From NCBI GenBank assembly GCA_000002435.2, contig CM018789.1: a stretch of 64,000 nt of DNA. One strand, given 5' to 3'. The DNA is from Giardia intestinalis (taxonomy: Eukaryota). The notes under the pieces were generated by a model. The model saw only the letters and a program-made list of their open reading frames with translations, searched no databases and was not told the DNA's origin. Of this stretch, positions 1 to 11,600 are shown one piece after another (positions within the stretch are counted from its first letter, which is position 1; each line of letters opens with the position of its first letter). The translations under genes and the position numbers were made by a program.

Positions 1-1
1 A

Positions 2-952
2 GGGACAGAGATCACCTGCACCAAATGCTCTAGCAATAATCTGAGCCCCCTGGGAGACGCGTGTCTAACAGACTGCCCTGCCGGAACGTATGCCGTTAGT
101 GGCGACAGCGGCAGTGTCTGCAAGCCCTGTCACAACACGTGCGCCGGCTGCCAGACCGACGACAGGGAGACTTCCTGCACGGCCTGCTACCCTGGATACT
201 CCCTTCTGTATGAGTCCAACGGAGCAACTGGGAGGTGCGTCAAGGAGTGCACTGGTGCGTTCATTACCAACTGTGCGGACGGGCAGTGCACGGCTAACGT
301 CGGGGGTGCGAAGTACTGCACCCAGTGCAAGGACGGGTACGCCCCGATCGACGGGATCTGTACAGCGGTGGCAGCTGCCGGGAGAGACGTGAGCGTGTGC
401 ACGGCCACAGGTGGCAAGTGCACGGCATGTACAGGCAACTATGCGTTATTATCAGGTGGATGTTATAACACACAAACACTTCCTGGAAAGTCAGTATGTA
501 AAGCCGTGGCTAATAGCAATGACGGGAAATGCAAAACATGTGCCAATGGTCAAGCACCAGATCCTGCTACTAATTTCTGCCCATTGTGTGATTCAACTTG
601 TGCAGAATGTTCAACTAAAAATGATGCTGATGCTTGTACAAAATGTTTTCCAGGATACTATAAAACAGGAAATAAGTGTATCAAATGTACAGAAAGTAGT
701 AATAACGGAAAAAAGATCGATGGAATACCTGATTGTTTAAGTTGTGAAGCACCGATTAATACTGGTCCTGTCATCTGCTACGTTAAAACGGATGGCACTA
801 GCGATGATAACAGCGGCAATGGTGGAGACAGCACCAACAAGAGCGGCCTTTCCACTGGCGCCATCGCGGGGATCTCCGTCGCAGCCTTCGTCGTCGTGGC
901 CGGCCTCGTGGGCTTCCTCTGCTGGTGGTTCATATGCAGGGGGAAGGCGTAG
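2..952 (+). CDS. Variant-specific surface protein (VSP), C-terminal 317 codons; 5' end lies outside the window
   Basis: Frame 2 is open from base 2 to the TAG at 950-952. The translation is Cys-rich with CxxC pairs and a GGCY motif, a C-terminal hydrophobic TM (IAGISVAAFVVVAGLVGFLCWWFI) and the invariant CRGKA tail. It is identical at the protein level to the C-terminal part of the minus-strand VSP at 3601-5391. The ORF track begins at 368 only because that is the first GTG in frame. Confidence 0.9.
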   Translation, partial: GTEITCTKCSSNNLSPLGDACLTDCPAGTYAVSGDSGSVCKPCHNTCAGCQTDDRETSCTACYPGYSLLYESNGATGRCVKECTGAFITNCADGQCTANVGGAKYCTQCKDGYAPIDGICTAVAAAGRDVSVCTATGGKCTACTGNYALLSGGCYNTQTLPGKSVCKAVANSNDGKCKTCANGQAPDPATNFCPLCDSTCAECSTKNDADACTKCFPGYYKTGNKCIKCTESSNNGKKIDGIPDCLSCEAPINTGPVICYVKTDGTSDDNSGNGGDSTNKSGLSTGAIAGISVAAFVVVAGLVGFLCWWFICRGKA

Positions 953-967
953 ACTTAGGTAGTAAAC
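953..967 (+). promoter_or_regulatory. Extended VSP-type polyadenylation signal ACTTAGGTAGTAAAC (contains AGTAAAC = AGTRAAY) immediately 3' of the stop
   Basis: The sequence gcgTAG ACTTAGGTAGTAAAC is read directly. It matches the conserved Giardia VSP 3' motif ACTYAGRTAGTRAAY. Confidence 0.8.
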
Positions 968-3099
968 GCGTCACTGTATATGGCTTATTACGCTGTGCTG
1001 CTGGGGCTATCTGAGAGCGGTCCAGAGATCATGCGAGTGGGCCCGCTCCTTCCTGGCCAGTCTAAGGACGAGGGTTGAGTATGGATAACATAATGAAAGA
1101 GTCCTCTTCAGTGACACATCCAGAATCTGGGCATTCCTCGCCGCTCCATGAGGATATGCTCTGTCTGGATGTCCATGCCGATCTGCCTTGGATTCAGGTC
1201 TTCTCGCAGACTCTCTGCTCTACCAGTGGCGCCTCTCCTTGGCCTGCCGTCTGGTGGGTGAAGCTCCAGTCGCCGTCTTTTTTAGATGCTCCCGTCTGAC
1301 TCGGTGATTGCTGTCGGGCCCTCCGCTGGCTGGGCCCCTCGGTGTCCGGGCAGCTGTGGCCCGGGTCAGCGCTCCCACAGTCGCGGTCGCTTGGGTCCCA
1401 GCGGGTTCGGATGATGGGTGGGGCGGTGAGGCTGGTGGGGCTCTGGTGGGGGCTGAGGTTGGTGGTGTTCGTATGTGCCTCTGGGTTCGGTGGGTCATTG
1501 GGGTGATCCCCGCTCTGTTTGCCAAGGTGGTTGTGTCTGCTCTCCAGCCCTCGTTGCACTCCCGAGACACAGGCACCGACGATCGTGTCGTGTCCCCCTG
1601 ACTGAGTGCCTCCCTTGGCCCCTGCATGCCTCAGGCAGTACTGCTGCTCTGTCTGGCTGGTGCGTGAGTGTCGAGGCAGGCCATCGCAGCCCCTCCTGCT
1701 ACTCGCTGTTGCTCTGTGCGGGTCTGCTGAGCCCCTGGCATGCCCTGTCCGGTGCCTCGACGGGGAGTTCACCTGGGACCAGCAGGGGTGTGGATGAGCC
1801 TGTGGATGGGATGGGTTCTCTCATGCCTCTAGTGTGATGACTCAAAAGACTAACACGGTGGGGCATCGGTGACTGCACTGTCCCCGTGGTCAGCTGTGCT
1901 GCTCCTGGTGGGTCCTCGTTGTGAAGCGCTGTGTGTCGTCCGTAGGCAGGGGTGAGCCCCCTTGGTCTCAGGATGCTCTACCATCAGAGAGGAGCACGCT
2001 GAGGATCACCCAACATCACCTGCTGTGCCCTCGGGAGTTCCCGGTGTGGTCTACTAACCTTGACCCCTCCTCGTGGCTCTGATGACCCCTCGGGGAGAGT
2101 CGGCATCCTATGCCAGGGGAGGCGTGCACCCTCCTGCATGAGCTGAGTCACTCACTGCACTGCCCTCAAGGAGGTCTGCTATGAGAGGCAGTGGAATGAT
2201 CGACAGCCCCTCAGAGTGGGTGGAGGGTGCTCGTGGTCGTCTCTGTGACCGGGCATCACTCTGATGGTCAGTCCTGTGCCTGGGTGGTGCTCAGAGGTCA
2301 CCTGTGCTCCATAGCCTGCTGGACAGCCGGGCCTCTTGTGGTGTCCGAAGGTCTCCTCACTCCTCTGGCTGCTGCCCCCTCAGGTCATCGTGAATGCAGT
2401 CGAGGCCAGCGAGTCTGGTGCCTGCCTGGGTGTCATGGGGGCTGGCAGCTGTCAGGGCTCTGCCACTGCTCACCTGCCTGGAGTGTGCCTCCCTTGGGCC
2501 TGCTCTGCTGTAGTGTTTGAGTCCTCTGGCTTCCTATCAGGCCCTGATTGTGAGGGTGACCCCACCTGGTCCTCTGATGCCCCTGTGGATGAGCATGGCA
2601 GCTGTCTGGCTGGGAATCTCTGGTGCCCGTGTCTGTTGCTGCCTCTCGGGTGCTCGGGTGGTTGCCTGGGGCTCTCGTATGGGGCACAGTCAGCGTGTCC
2701 CGAGCAGACTCCGGTCCTCTCTGGGTCTACACAGTCTGTTCGTGTGTGGACGGTCCTCCTGCACTCAGGTCCGTCTGGTTCATTGTCACTCAGCTTCGAG
2801 AGTAGGCCAGTGCAGTCACCAGGGCTGCTGTCAGAGGGAGTCGTCTGCCACTACCATCGCTCGAGCAGGCCCTGCAGATCAGGCTGGCTGCTGTGCACCC
2901 TCAGCATCATGGCAGGGCTGCTTAACTCCCTTGGTCACCCTCTCTGTCCCAGCGTGCACGGCTCCTGAGGGTTGCCTGGGCGGAGGGCACTCACGAGTCC
3001 ACAGAGGGATGGGTCACAGATAGACAGCCCCCAGTCACCACAGCTGCGATCACCCGACATGGCCCATCAGACCCAGGGGCACATACAACCACCCCCCGG

Positions 3100-4552
3100 T
3101 CCCCTCCAGCCTCACCGCCCCATACCCCGCCTCACCCATCATCCGAACCCGCTGGGACCCAAGCGACCGCGACTGTGGGAGCGCTGACCCGGGCCACAGC
3201 TGCCCGGACACCGAGGGGCCCAGCCAGCGGAGGGCCCGACAGCAATCACCGAGTCAGACGGGAGCATCTAAAAAAGACGGCGACTGGAGCTTCACCCACC
3301 AGACGGCAGGCCAAGGAGAGGCGCCACTGGTAGAGCAGAGAGTCTGCGAGAAGACCTGAATCCAAGGCAGATCGGCATGGACATCCAGACAGAGCATATC
3401 CTCATGGAGCGGCGAGGAATGCCCAGATTCTGGATGTGTCACTGAAGAGGACTCTTTCATTATGTTATCCATACTCAACCCTCGTCCTTAGACTGGCCAG
3501 GAAGGAGCGGGCCCACTCGCATGATCTCTGGACCGCTCTCAGATAGCCCCAGCAGCACAGCGTAATAAGCCATATACAGTGACGCGTTTACTACCTAAGT
3601 CTACGCCTTCCCCCTGCATATGAACCACCAGCAGAGGAAGCCCACGAGGCCGGCCACGACGACGAAGGCTGCGACGGAGATCCCCGCGATGGCGCCAGTG
3701 GAAAGGCCGCTCTTGTTGGTGCTGTCTCCACCATTGCCGCTGTTATCATCGCTAGTGCCATCCGTTTTAACGTAGCAGATGACAGGACCAGTATTAATCG
3801 GTGCTTCACAACTTAAACAATCAGGTATTCCATCGATCTTTTTTCCGTTATTACTACTTTCTGTACATTTGATACACTTATTTCCTGTTTTATAGTATCC
3901 TGGAAAACATTTTGTACAAGCATCAGCATCATTTTTAGTTGAACATTCTGCACAAGTTGAATCACACAATGGGCAGAAATTAGTAGCAGGATCTGGTGCT
4001 TGACCATTGGCACATGTTTTGCATTTCCCGTCATTGCTATTAGCCACGGCTTTACATACTGACTTTCCAGGAAGTGTTTGTGTGTTATAACATCCACCTG
4101 ATAATAACGCATAGTTGCCTGTACATGCCGTGCACTTGCCACCTGTGGCCGTGCACACGCTCACGTCTCTCCCGGCAGCTGCCACCGCTGTACAGATCCC
4201 GTCGATCGGGGCGTACCCGTCCTTGCACTGGGTGCAGTACTTCGCACCCCCGACGTTAGCCGTGCACTGCCCGTCCGCACAGTTGGTAATGAACGCACCA
4301 GTGCACTCCTTGACGCACCTCCCAGTTGCTCCGTTGGACTCATACAGAAGGGAGTATCCAGGGTAGCAGGCCGTGCAGGAAGTCTCCCTGTCGTCGGTCT
4401 GGCAGCCGGCGCACGTGTTGTGACAGGGCTTGCAGACACTGCCGCTGTCGCCACTAACGGCATACGTTCCGGCAGGGCAGTCTGTTAGACACGCGTCTCC
4501 CAGGGGGCTCAGATTATTGCTAGAGCATTTGGTGCAGGTGATCTCTGTCCCT
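3100..4552. repeat. Right arm of the inverted repeat (reverse complement of 1-1450)
   Basis: Same evidence as the left arm. The arm is bounded on the right only by the window start, so the repeat may extend further into the VSP coding region. Confidence 0.85.
3586..3600 (-). promoter_or_regulatory. Extended VSP polyadenylation signal (reverse complement gtttactacctaagt = ACTTAGGTAGTAAAC) 3' of the minus-strand VSP
   Basis: Mirror image of 953-967, immediately after the minus-strand stop at 3601-3603. Confidence 0.8.
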
Positions 4553-5391
4553 GCCCGTGCAGCGCTTTCCTTAGAGGTGCATTCTCCACAGTTTTCTATG
4601 CCGCCATTATTCGTTGTGCCACAACTTACGCATACCTTCTTGTTACCACCAGCGCTGTCAGTAGTGGGGAAGTGCGTCTTGCCTTCTCTGCACACGGCTT
4701 CGCTAACGCAAGACGTTTGTTCATCTGCTTCTGTTTTCAAATAATCAGCAGCACATTCAATGCACTTTGCAGGACCAGCGTTCTTTGGCTTTTCACATTT
4801 AGCACATCCAGCAACTCCTTTGTAGCTATTAGGCCCTGTGGTAGCGTCACATTTTATGCACCCACCTTCATTTCCAGTTGCTCCAACAAAGTATCCGTCT
4901 ATACATTTTGTACATTTGTTTTCACCAGCTCCTCCACATGTGGCACAGTTGGCATCTTCACATGCTATACAGGAGTCTGCAGTTGCAACAGCATCCGAAT
5001 TCTTATAATAGCCATCCTTGCAAGCACCACACACCCCTGCAGTACGTGCACCAGGATTTGACGCCTCATCCGCACAGATGAGATTGCCAGGAGCCTCTCC
5101 TATCTTATAGCATCCGCCTTTGTGCAGGAAGTAGCCATTTCCACATTGTCCACATACCTTATCACTTTCTTCTATATTAGTACCCCCGTTCTTCTTACAA
5201 CCAGCGTTAGTGACTGCTTCTTCACTATGGGCTGTACATATTCCATTGATGGGTACTTTCCCTTGATTACATTGCATACAGATTTCAGTATCGCCAATCG
5301 TATCACATTGGCCAGCTTCACAACTATTTCCACTATTCTTGCAATCTACTGCAAATGTAGATAATATAAGATAGAAGGCTATCAACAACAT
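3601..5391 (-). CDS. Variant-specific surface protein (VSP), complete, 596 aa
   Basis: ATG start. N-terminal signal peptide MLLIAFYLILSTFAVDC. About 12% Cys in CxxC spacing, GGCY motif, single C-terminal TM and CRGKA tail. AT-rich region upstream (5392-5650) is consistent with a Giardia promoter. Confidence 0.95.
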   Translation of the reverse strand: MLLIAFYLILSTFAVDCKNSGNSCEAGQCDTIGDTEICMQCNQGKVPINGICTAHSEEAVTNAGCKKNGGTNIEESDKVCGQCGNGYFLHKGGCYKIGEAPGNLICADEASNPGARTAGVCGACKDGYYKNSDAVATADSCIACEDANCATCGGAGENKCTKCIDGYFVGATGNEGGCIKCDATTGPNSYKGVAGCAKCEKPKNAGPAKCIECAADYLKTEADEQTSCVSEAVCREGKTHFPTTDSAGGNKKVCVSCGTTNNGGIENCGECTSKESAARAGTEITCTKCSSNNLSPLGDACLTDCPAGTYAVSGDSGSVCKPCHNTCAGCQTDDRETSCTACYPGYSLLYESNGATGRCVKECTGAFITNCADGQCTANVGGAKYCTQCKDGYAPIDGICTAVAAAGRDVSVCTATGGKCTACTGNYALLSGGCYNTQTLPGKSVCKAVANSNDGKCKTCANGQAPDPATNFCPLCDSTCAECSTKNDADACTKCFPGYYKTGNKCIKCTESSNNGKKIDGIPDCLSCEAPINTGPVICYVKTDGTSDDNSGNGGDSTNKSGLSTGAIAGISVAAFVVVAGLVGFLCWWFICRGKA

Positions 5392-5649
5392 TGAAGTTTC
5401 CCTCAGCTTATTATAGGGTAAGAGTCCTGTTAGTAAAGGTACTTAAAGCTAAAAAGATTCATCTGGTTATTACTATGCTACTAACTTAGAGATCTTCCTT
5501 TTTTATAATATCGTTGTACAAGCGATAGTTGTTAATGCTGAAAGCATCTACTACATATAGTTTGCCGCCCACCACGGATTCTTGCACAACACGCAGGGAA
5601 ACAGAAAATTCAAAAATAAGTAGCGATGCTGTCTTGCGTGTCTGCTACT

Positions 5650-8600
5650 CCCCTACCCTGTAGCTAATCAAAGGGCGGCCCGGGCGTCCTCCCTGCGTTA
5701 TGGGCCCACTGCTGGTTCCTCTCCTAATGTCTCTGCGTCCCTGATGAGCCAGCTCCCTGTGCCTCCCCTGCGCGGATCGAGCCCCTGTGGACCCCCGTGC
5801 GCCGATGATCTCTTCTCCGCCTCTGTAGTATTCTCATCCTTTTGGATTATGTCTGCGATTCCTAGCTGTCGTGGGGGAGCCGCACTCAAGGATAGACCCC
5901 TACAAGATCCCAAGAGAAGATCGCAGCAGTCGCTAAGGTCCATAGATGTGTGAATCAGTGTAGATTGGCCTATGAGACGCTCTGGTTTGTTGGGTGTGCA
6001 TGGCGCTATTTCTGGCTTTTTGTAGTGGATACTTTAAGGTTCCACATCACATGATAAGGTGTCAGATGGTCAGAGGGCGTAGGCCAGCAATCCTAAATTT
6101 AGACAAGGAGGAAACCCTGCCCAAGCTGTGCCACCCCCTGAGCTGATGGATCAGGACTCTTATCCTCCCCTCTGGATCATCCTGGTGCTATCACTACCAC
6201 CACTAATGGAAGCACCTAGGAGTGCAGTACCTTGAACCTGTTAGTGTAGGGCTCTAGGTCCTCAGAGCTTCCTACATGTGGATGTCTGTAGTAGAAGGAA
6301 CAGGGATCCAGGGAGACTGTATTAGTCCAGCATCCTTTATAGCCTCCTGTGAGTACTAGAGCAGTTGATCCCCCCATCTGCTGATAAGGGAATCGAATAG
6401 CATTCGCTCATGACCCTTGGTCCGAGCTATAGTTGGTCCCGAGGAGACACGCCGATCAGCCCAAGCGTCCTACCTCTTGACTCACGAATCATGCCACATT
6501 GCAGGACTTGTACTGGTGTTGCTTAGCACGCGTTACATAATGCATAGAAGGCCGGCATCCTCCTATCATATAGCTATAGGAATCAGACAAACCCTATTGA
6601 GGGCATCATATCCTGCGATCTTCTATAGCTCCGCTAGAGGCCAGAGCACCGCTGTACACAGACTGGTATGGAAAGTGCGATCCAGCACCATACACCTTGA
6701 GCTGGGAGTCCCATAAGCATGCGTTTCTGATACAACTCGCCAAGAATCTTGTAGGAAGCTGGCCTAAGTCAGTTACTGGAAGGTTTCCAATGAGCAGACG
6801 ACTGCTGTGGTCTACCAGTCGCTCCTCCTTGTCTTAAAAGATATCTGGTAATGTCTAGTGTTGTGGGCTGGGTGGTCCCTGTCCATCTATAAGATTTGAC
6901 TGGTGTACGTTGTAGACAACTGACGAGATTGATATCATCTTCCATCAGATGGGTCTGGGTGAGCAGGCAAACTATGTAGTTGACCGGTTATTCTAAAAAA
7001 TCCTGCACTTATGAGGCCACAACTACAACTTGCATTCGATAGGTAAGGAGTTCTATTGGACTGGGATGCTCTCTGCAAGTTCCTCGGGACGTGTGGCTAC
7101 CTTAGCGCAGTCTCCAAGAGGGTAGCCTTGTCTGACGGAGACGTGCAGGCACGAGCACAATATAGCGCCCTTCTCAGTCTACAGGGTCAAGCACACCCCA
7201 GACGACGGAGATAGATGGAGACCCAGAAGTGATCAATGCTAATCTGAGCTGTTCTGATCCCTCTTGGCTAAAAGATTAGTAGGATCGCAAAATGACAGGG
7301 ACCCACTTCACACCCCCGCTCAAGGAGGTCATGCCTTAGTGGAAGTACGTGTCATGGTTACTGCTGACTACTCGTTAACAAGGTACTGCTGTGCTTGAAG
7401 ACCTCCTGGAATAGCCTGTCTCGGTTTGCTGGTCATGAGCTGGGTCCTCGCGCTAGCTGATTGGATGAGAAACAGTAGTAGTATTACCCAGACGATGAGC
7501 TGAGAAGGCTGATGCTGACTATGTATCTCTCACGCTGAGCATACCCACTGTGCAGCGCAAGGGATTTGACGTCCTAGGTGGTCAGTCGAAGCTGCTAAGT
7601 GTTTGGTAGTAACGATATGCACGCGGGCTCCAGACAGCGGATTGTGAGTGAAGATGTTGGGGAGCACAAGACCTGCTGGATTACATAAGACGTACAAAGG
7701 ACCCCCACGCAGTGAACTGATTGACCCTTTTTCTTGGTAGACAAGGCTCTGGCCTGTAGTGGCCGCCTGCATAACACATTCTTTTGTGGGACCGATGGAA
7801 GCACCTGTTGATCTGGAAAGACCATCAATAAATGGTTGCACGAGATAGACGGGCAGAGGACAAGAGCTGATCAGATCACCTTGGCTGATGAGCAATCCAA
7901 ACTACGCAGTATGTGTAGCAACCTGTATCGAAGGTGGAGATACATCGTAGGACGTCATGTGGCCAAGAAGCGTCATTGGTGTCCGTCTGCCGTGGGAGGA
8001 CGTAGGTGAGACACATGTGGACAGCAACCATGCCGACTGATACCAACCTGCGCAGTATACCTCTACAATCGATCCTCACCCGTATACGAAGGGAAGGTGA
8101 ATGCCCTCGGTTCCAAACGAAGCAACTCTTAATAATATTACGTTGCTGTAAGTGCATAAAATCAAAAAGCAGCATCTAGCTTGTCTGCAGACCCTACGAC
8201 CTCTCCAGGCATAGAGGTCAAAGAGGCAATACAGGTGTCCCTGCTGTAATTCAGGCTAATTGCTGGCCTCTCTAGCATCAGTTTTATCTCACTGGTCTGC
8301 TGGTGGCCTCTACCTTCTCTGTGTGAGCCGGCTCTCTGAGAATCGCTGTGCACGGATAGCTTCCTGTGCACCTAAGTAACACCCTTCTTCGTTGAGGTGT
8401 GTCACCAAGGGCTAAATATTATAAAGCGAATGCTACCAAAGACAAGCCTCCTCGTAGGTCCGTCTGCCACTAGCAGGGAGCATCCAAACGTGTGCACAGG
8501 TTCTTGACAAATGGACTGTGATCCAGGCCAGTCAGTACACTAGGCTTATGGCACTTGGTGCACGAGTTTCCGTTTTTAGCTTTAGATGCAGGCCCATGTC

Positions 8601-11600
8601 TCATCTTGAAAGACGGTGGATTGCTCTGCAGGACCTTTTTAAGTATACAGTTATCATTATAGCCAGTGGAGAAGCAGCCATAAAGACTCTATACTTAAAC
8701 AAAAGCACCTCTGGTGCAACCAAGCGCTGTCTCCTATCGATAGCAAACACCTCAGACAGACGGTGGCTACTCTACCATTGGACATCGTGCAACGTGGATA
8801 ACCATGGAAGCCGCTGTAATCTCTATTCAGTCTGCCGAGCAGACGCAGCCTCTGATCGCAGCAAGCACGATGGCTGACAGGGTGCCAATGTAAGCCAGCT
8901 GAACCGCCTGTCTCAGCGCAGCTGCATGCATTTGGAAGTTGGAGTGCACCTTTATGAAGACAACGCACCGTCTGTATATACCGTTGTCTCCTTCTGTGCT
9001 GCTTAAGATCTTAATGCCTCAGAAGTCAGGGCCAGCCAGAGTGTCCCCAGCCTGCTCACCTGGGAGACCAAGGTCGATACCGCGCATAATACATCATCTT
9101 AGGGAGACAGCGGCTGCCATCGTCGTTCCGGATTTTTTGGTATCAGACAATCAGCCCCGTGATTAGTCCACTTTTCATAGCCTCTATCTGCATATCGATC
9201 CTGGCTTCTGGCTGCTTAGGCAGCGGATGAGGAGGCAGTACAGAGCATCAGTCACTGGTCTGCCTTTTATCCGCACATGGCCCTGAATGGCGGGTCAGAC
9301 AGTGCACAGCTTCCTCTTCTGCCCTGGATGTGATGCAACCTAGCTGAGGCATATGCCTTTCCAAGGAGTGATCGGATAGCACCTGGAGCTGCTCATGATG
9401 GGCATGCTCACCATCGCCCAGCTCTGTCCTCTCTCCAGCCATCAAGAGATACCTCCTGAGTACATACCTGCGGAGCACTGCATAGAGATAACAAGACGGC
9501 GCCACCACCCCTCGAGTCTCCTCGGCTTGTCCGGCAGCGTGCCTCTTAGAGTCCAGTGTGGGCCCGCCGGATGCATTTATGCGACTGTGGATACCTTACA
9601 GCGTCGCACTCATCTAATTCACTCTGTACCCTATTCTATCTGGGAGCAGCCCAGCCGTGCACAGGAGTCCCAGCCCCCACTCAGGATCTGGTCCAACGCT
9701 CACCTGGCTCGATGCCCTGCTGCACCTTGTTGGATGCCGCGCTGAAGCTATCGATCTGGCGATGCTCTGGGCGCACCACCCCACATCCACGCTGCTATAA
9801 AGCAGAGATCCTCAGGCTGCCCGTGGCCCGTTATAAGAGCTGTGATGCATAACCGCACACAGAGTGCCTGACTTAATATGCACCTGTCCACCGATGTGCC
9901 CTGACACTTGCTGGTGGAGATGCGTTGCTACAACCACGCAAGTGTTTACACCCCCTAGAGACTCTCACGCCATGCAACATAGAACTCTCCTGCCTGGCAC
10001 GGGCTCCATGATACTAAGGCCCTAGAAGAGCGCCCTGGGCGCCTTCAGTCCTATTTGGAGAGGAGACGTGGTGCGGGAGGGCTAGCTGCTTTCCAGCGTG
10101 ACTTAGAATAGTTGGAAGACCGCATGAAGACCTCTCACCACATGACCAGCGTGGTGTTCTGCCATCTGCCACTGATATAAGAGCCAACCCGCTGAGTCCA
10201 CATCGAGGCAGAGCACCACCCAACAGTGTAGGCGAGACTTATAACCGTGCTCATACATGTACACGCTGCTCGACCGGTTGGTGCCCATGTCCCTACGCCC
10301 TGCTCCTTCGCTGTACAATTGCTCCAATCGAGGCTACCAAAGCGTGGGTCCAGTAGCCACTATGCCCGTTGTACCGACAACGACAGCATGCCGCTTGCTG
10401 TAGGCGCCATCTACATCCAGGCATGCTCTTCACCGTTGTGCTGCTTCTGGTGCACTATGCGGCTTGTATGATGATTCATGTCCCCGGTGACCACTGGGAG
10501 TGTTGTCCCCGTGCCATCTTGATATCGAGTCCGATAATTGCCTGACAGAGCTCCCGGCTTGTGTGACCCTATATGGTAGTCTTGATTAGCACACAAATGT
10601 GTAATAGTTATGCTGCAAGACCCAGTAACAGCCGCTGGCCACTCGCATTGAGGTGAGAGACCAGACAGAAGTAGGAGTAGAATGCCCAAGAGGAACCATA
10701 TCATTAGATCTGCATCTGCAGAGAAGTTCACCTGTCACTACCACAGGGACAGGGCTCCATGTAAAGTATCAGTGAGCAATACCATAGGCAGTACCCCGAC
10801 TGTGCAGCTGCGGTGGCCGATGATCTGGAATGCTGACACATCTGCTACCGTCATGGATGGACTGGCAGGCCAGATAAGGATGCTCTAGGCTGCGATGGAA
10901 TCGCATGAGATTGTGTATGACTGGGGGTCACTTCCTTGTTATGCCTGCTATCGAAAGCCAGCTCATGAGATGGACAATCTTGGAGTGGTCAGTCCCCGTG
11001 TTCTCCCAGACATCAAGACTGTGAGGGCCTCCATGAGCTTTCATGTCCTCGTCCAGTCATGCTGGCTGTTCTCAGAAGCAGTCATAACTGTCGGGCCTGT
11101 TCGGATGCCACACCCCTGCAGGCCTCGGTGCTTTGAGCACAGCTTCCAGGCTGCATGCGTGCATTGGTGGACACCAGGTACGTCACTCGCTCCCTATTTT
11201 CTAAGCCTGTTATGACAGGGGTAGCCCTCACTAGCCTGACCCAGCCAAGCCTCCTGGCGTCCTACGCCGGGAGTTGCGGGGCCCAGACAGTTGTCTTATC
11301 TACACTATGGTTGCCATAATGACGGGTATATGATCACAGCCCTGATGGGATCATCTTCGCTGTCCTGGCGGACCTCCAACTCTTCAATGGGATAGATACG
11401 GGGCACCATCTCTCGACACTTTCAGCGAGGGTGACAGGCGCAGTGCTCTCGATACCAACAAGTAATGATGTTGGAGCGCAATGGACTGTCACAGAGTTAT
11501 AAAATTTCCTTCTTCCTTCCTACGTTAAAGCTGATCAATGTTCGAACTCTCTCGGATTAAATCCAGAAGTTGGCAGGACACCGCGTCCCGGTGAGGCTCG

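Larger units (their letters stand above)
1..1450. repeat. Left arm of a large inverted repeat (position x pairs with about 4553 minus x); includes the VSP 3' half plus about 500 bp of 3' flank
   Basis: Bases 1-22 are the reverse complement of 4531-4552. The six-frame ORFs 90-392, 368-952 and 1075-1299 (+) have identical translations to 4161-4463, the C-terminus of 3601-5391, and 3254-3478 (-). Bases 1261-1400 reverse-complement to 3153-3292. Identity decays around 1400-1460 / 3090-3150. Confidence 0.85.

Noticed and set aside
1194-3023. Multiple 100-210-aa ORFs on both strands inside the VSP spacer (for example 1194-1772 on the minus strand, 1475-1837 and 2336-2968 and 2517-3023 on the plus strand)
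   Set aside because: The tract is strongly A-depleted on one strand. All three stop codons need both A and T, so stops are rare in every frame. The translations are low-complexity, overlap one another in several frames, and lack AT-rich initiators. They are artefacts of composition, not genes.
11505-11560. GTTCGAAC motif resembling a tRNA T-loop
   Set aside because: The flanks do not form T-stem, acceptor or anticodon arms, so there is no cloverleaf. No other tRNA-like T-loop (GGTTCGAATCC or its complement) was seen in the window.
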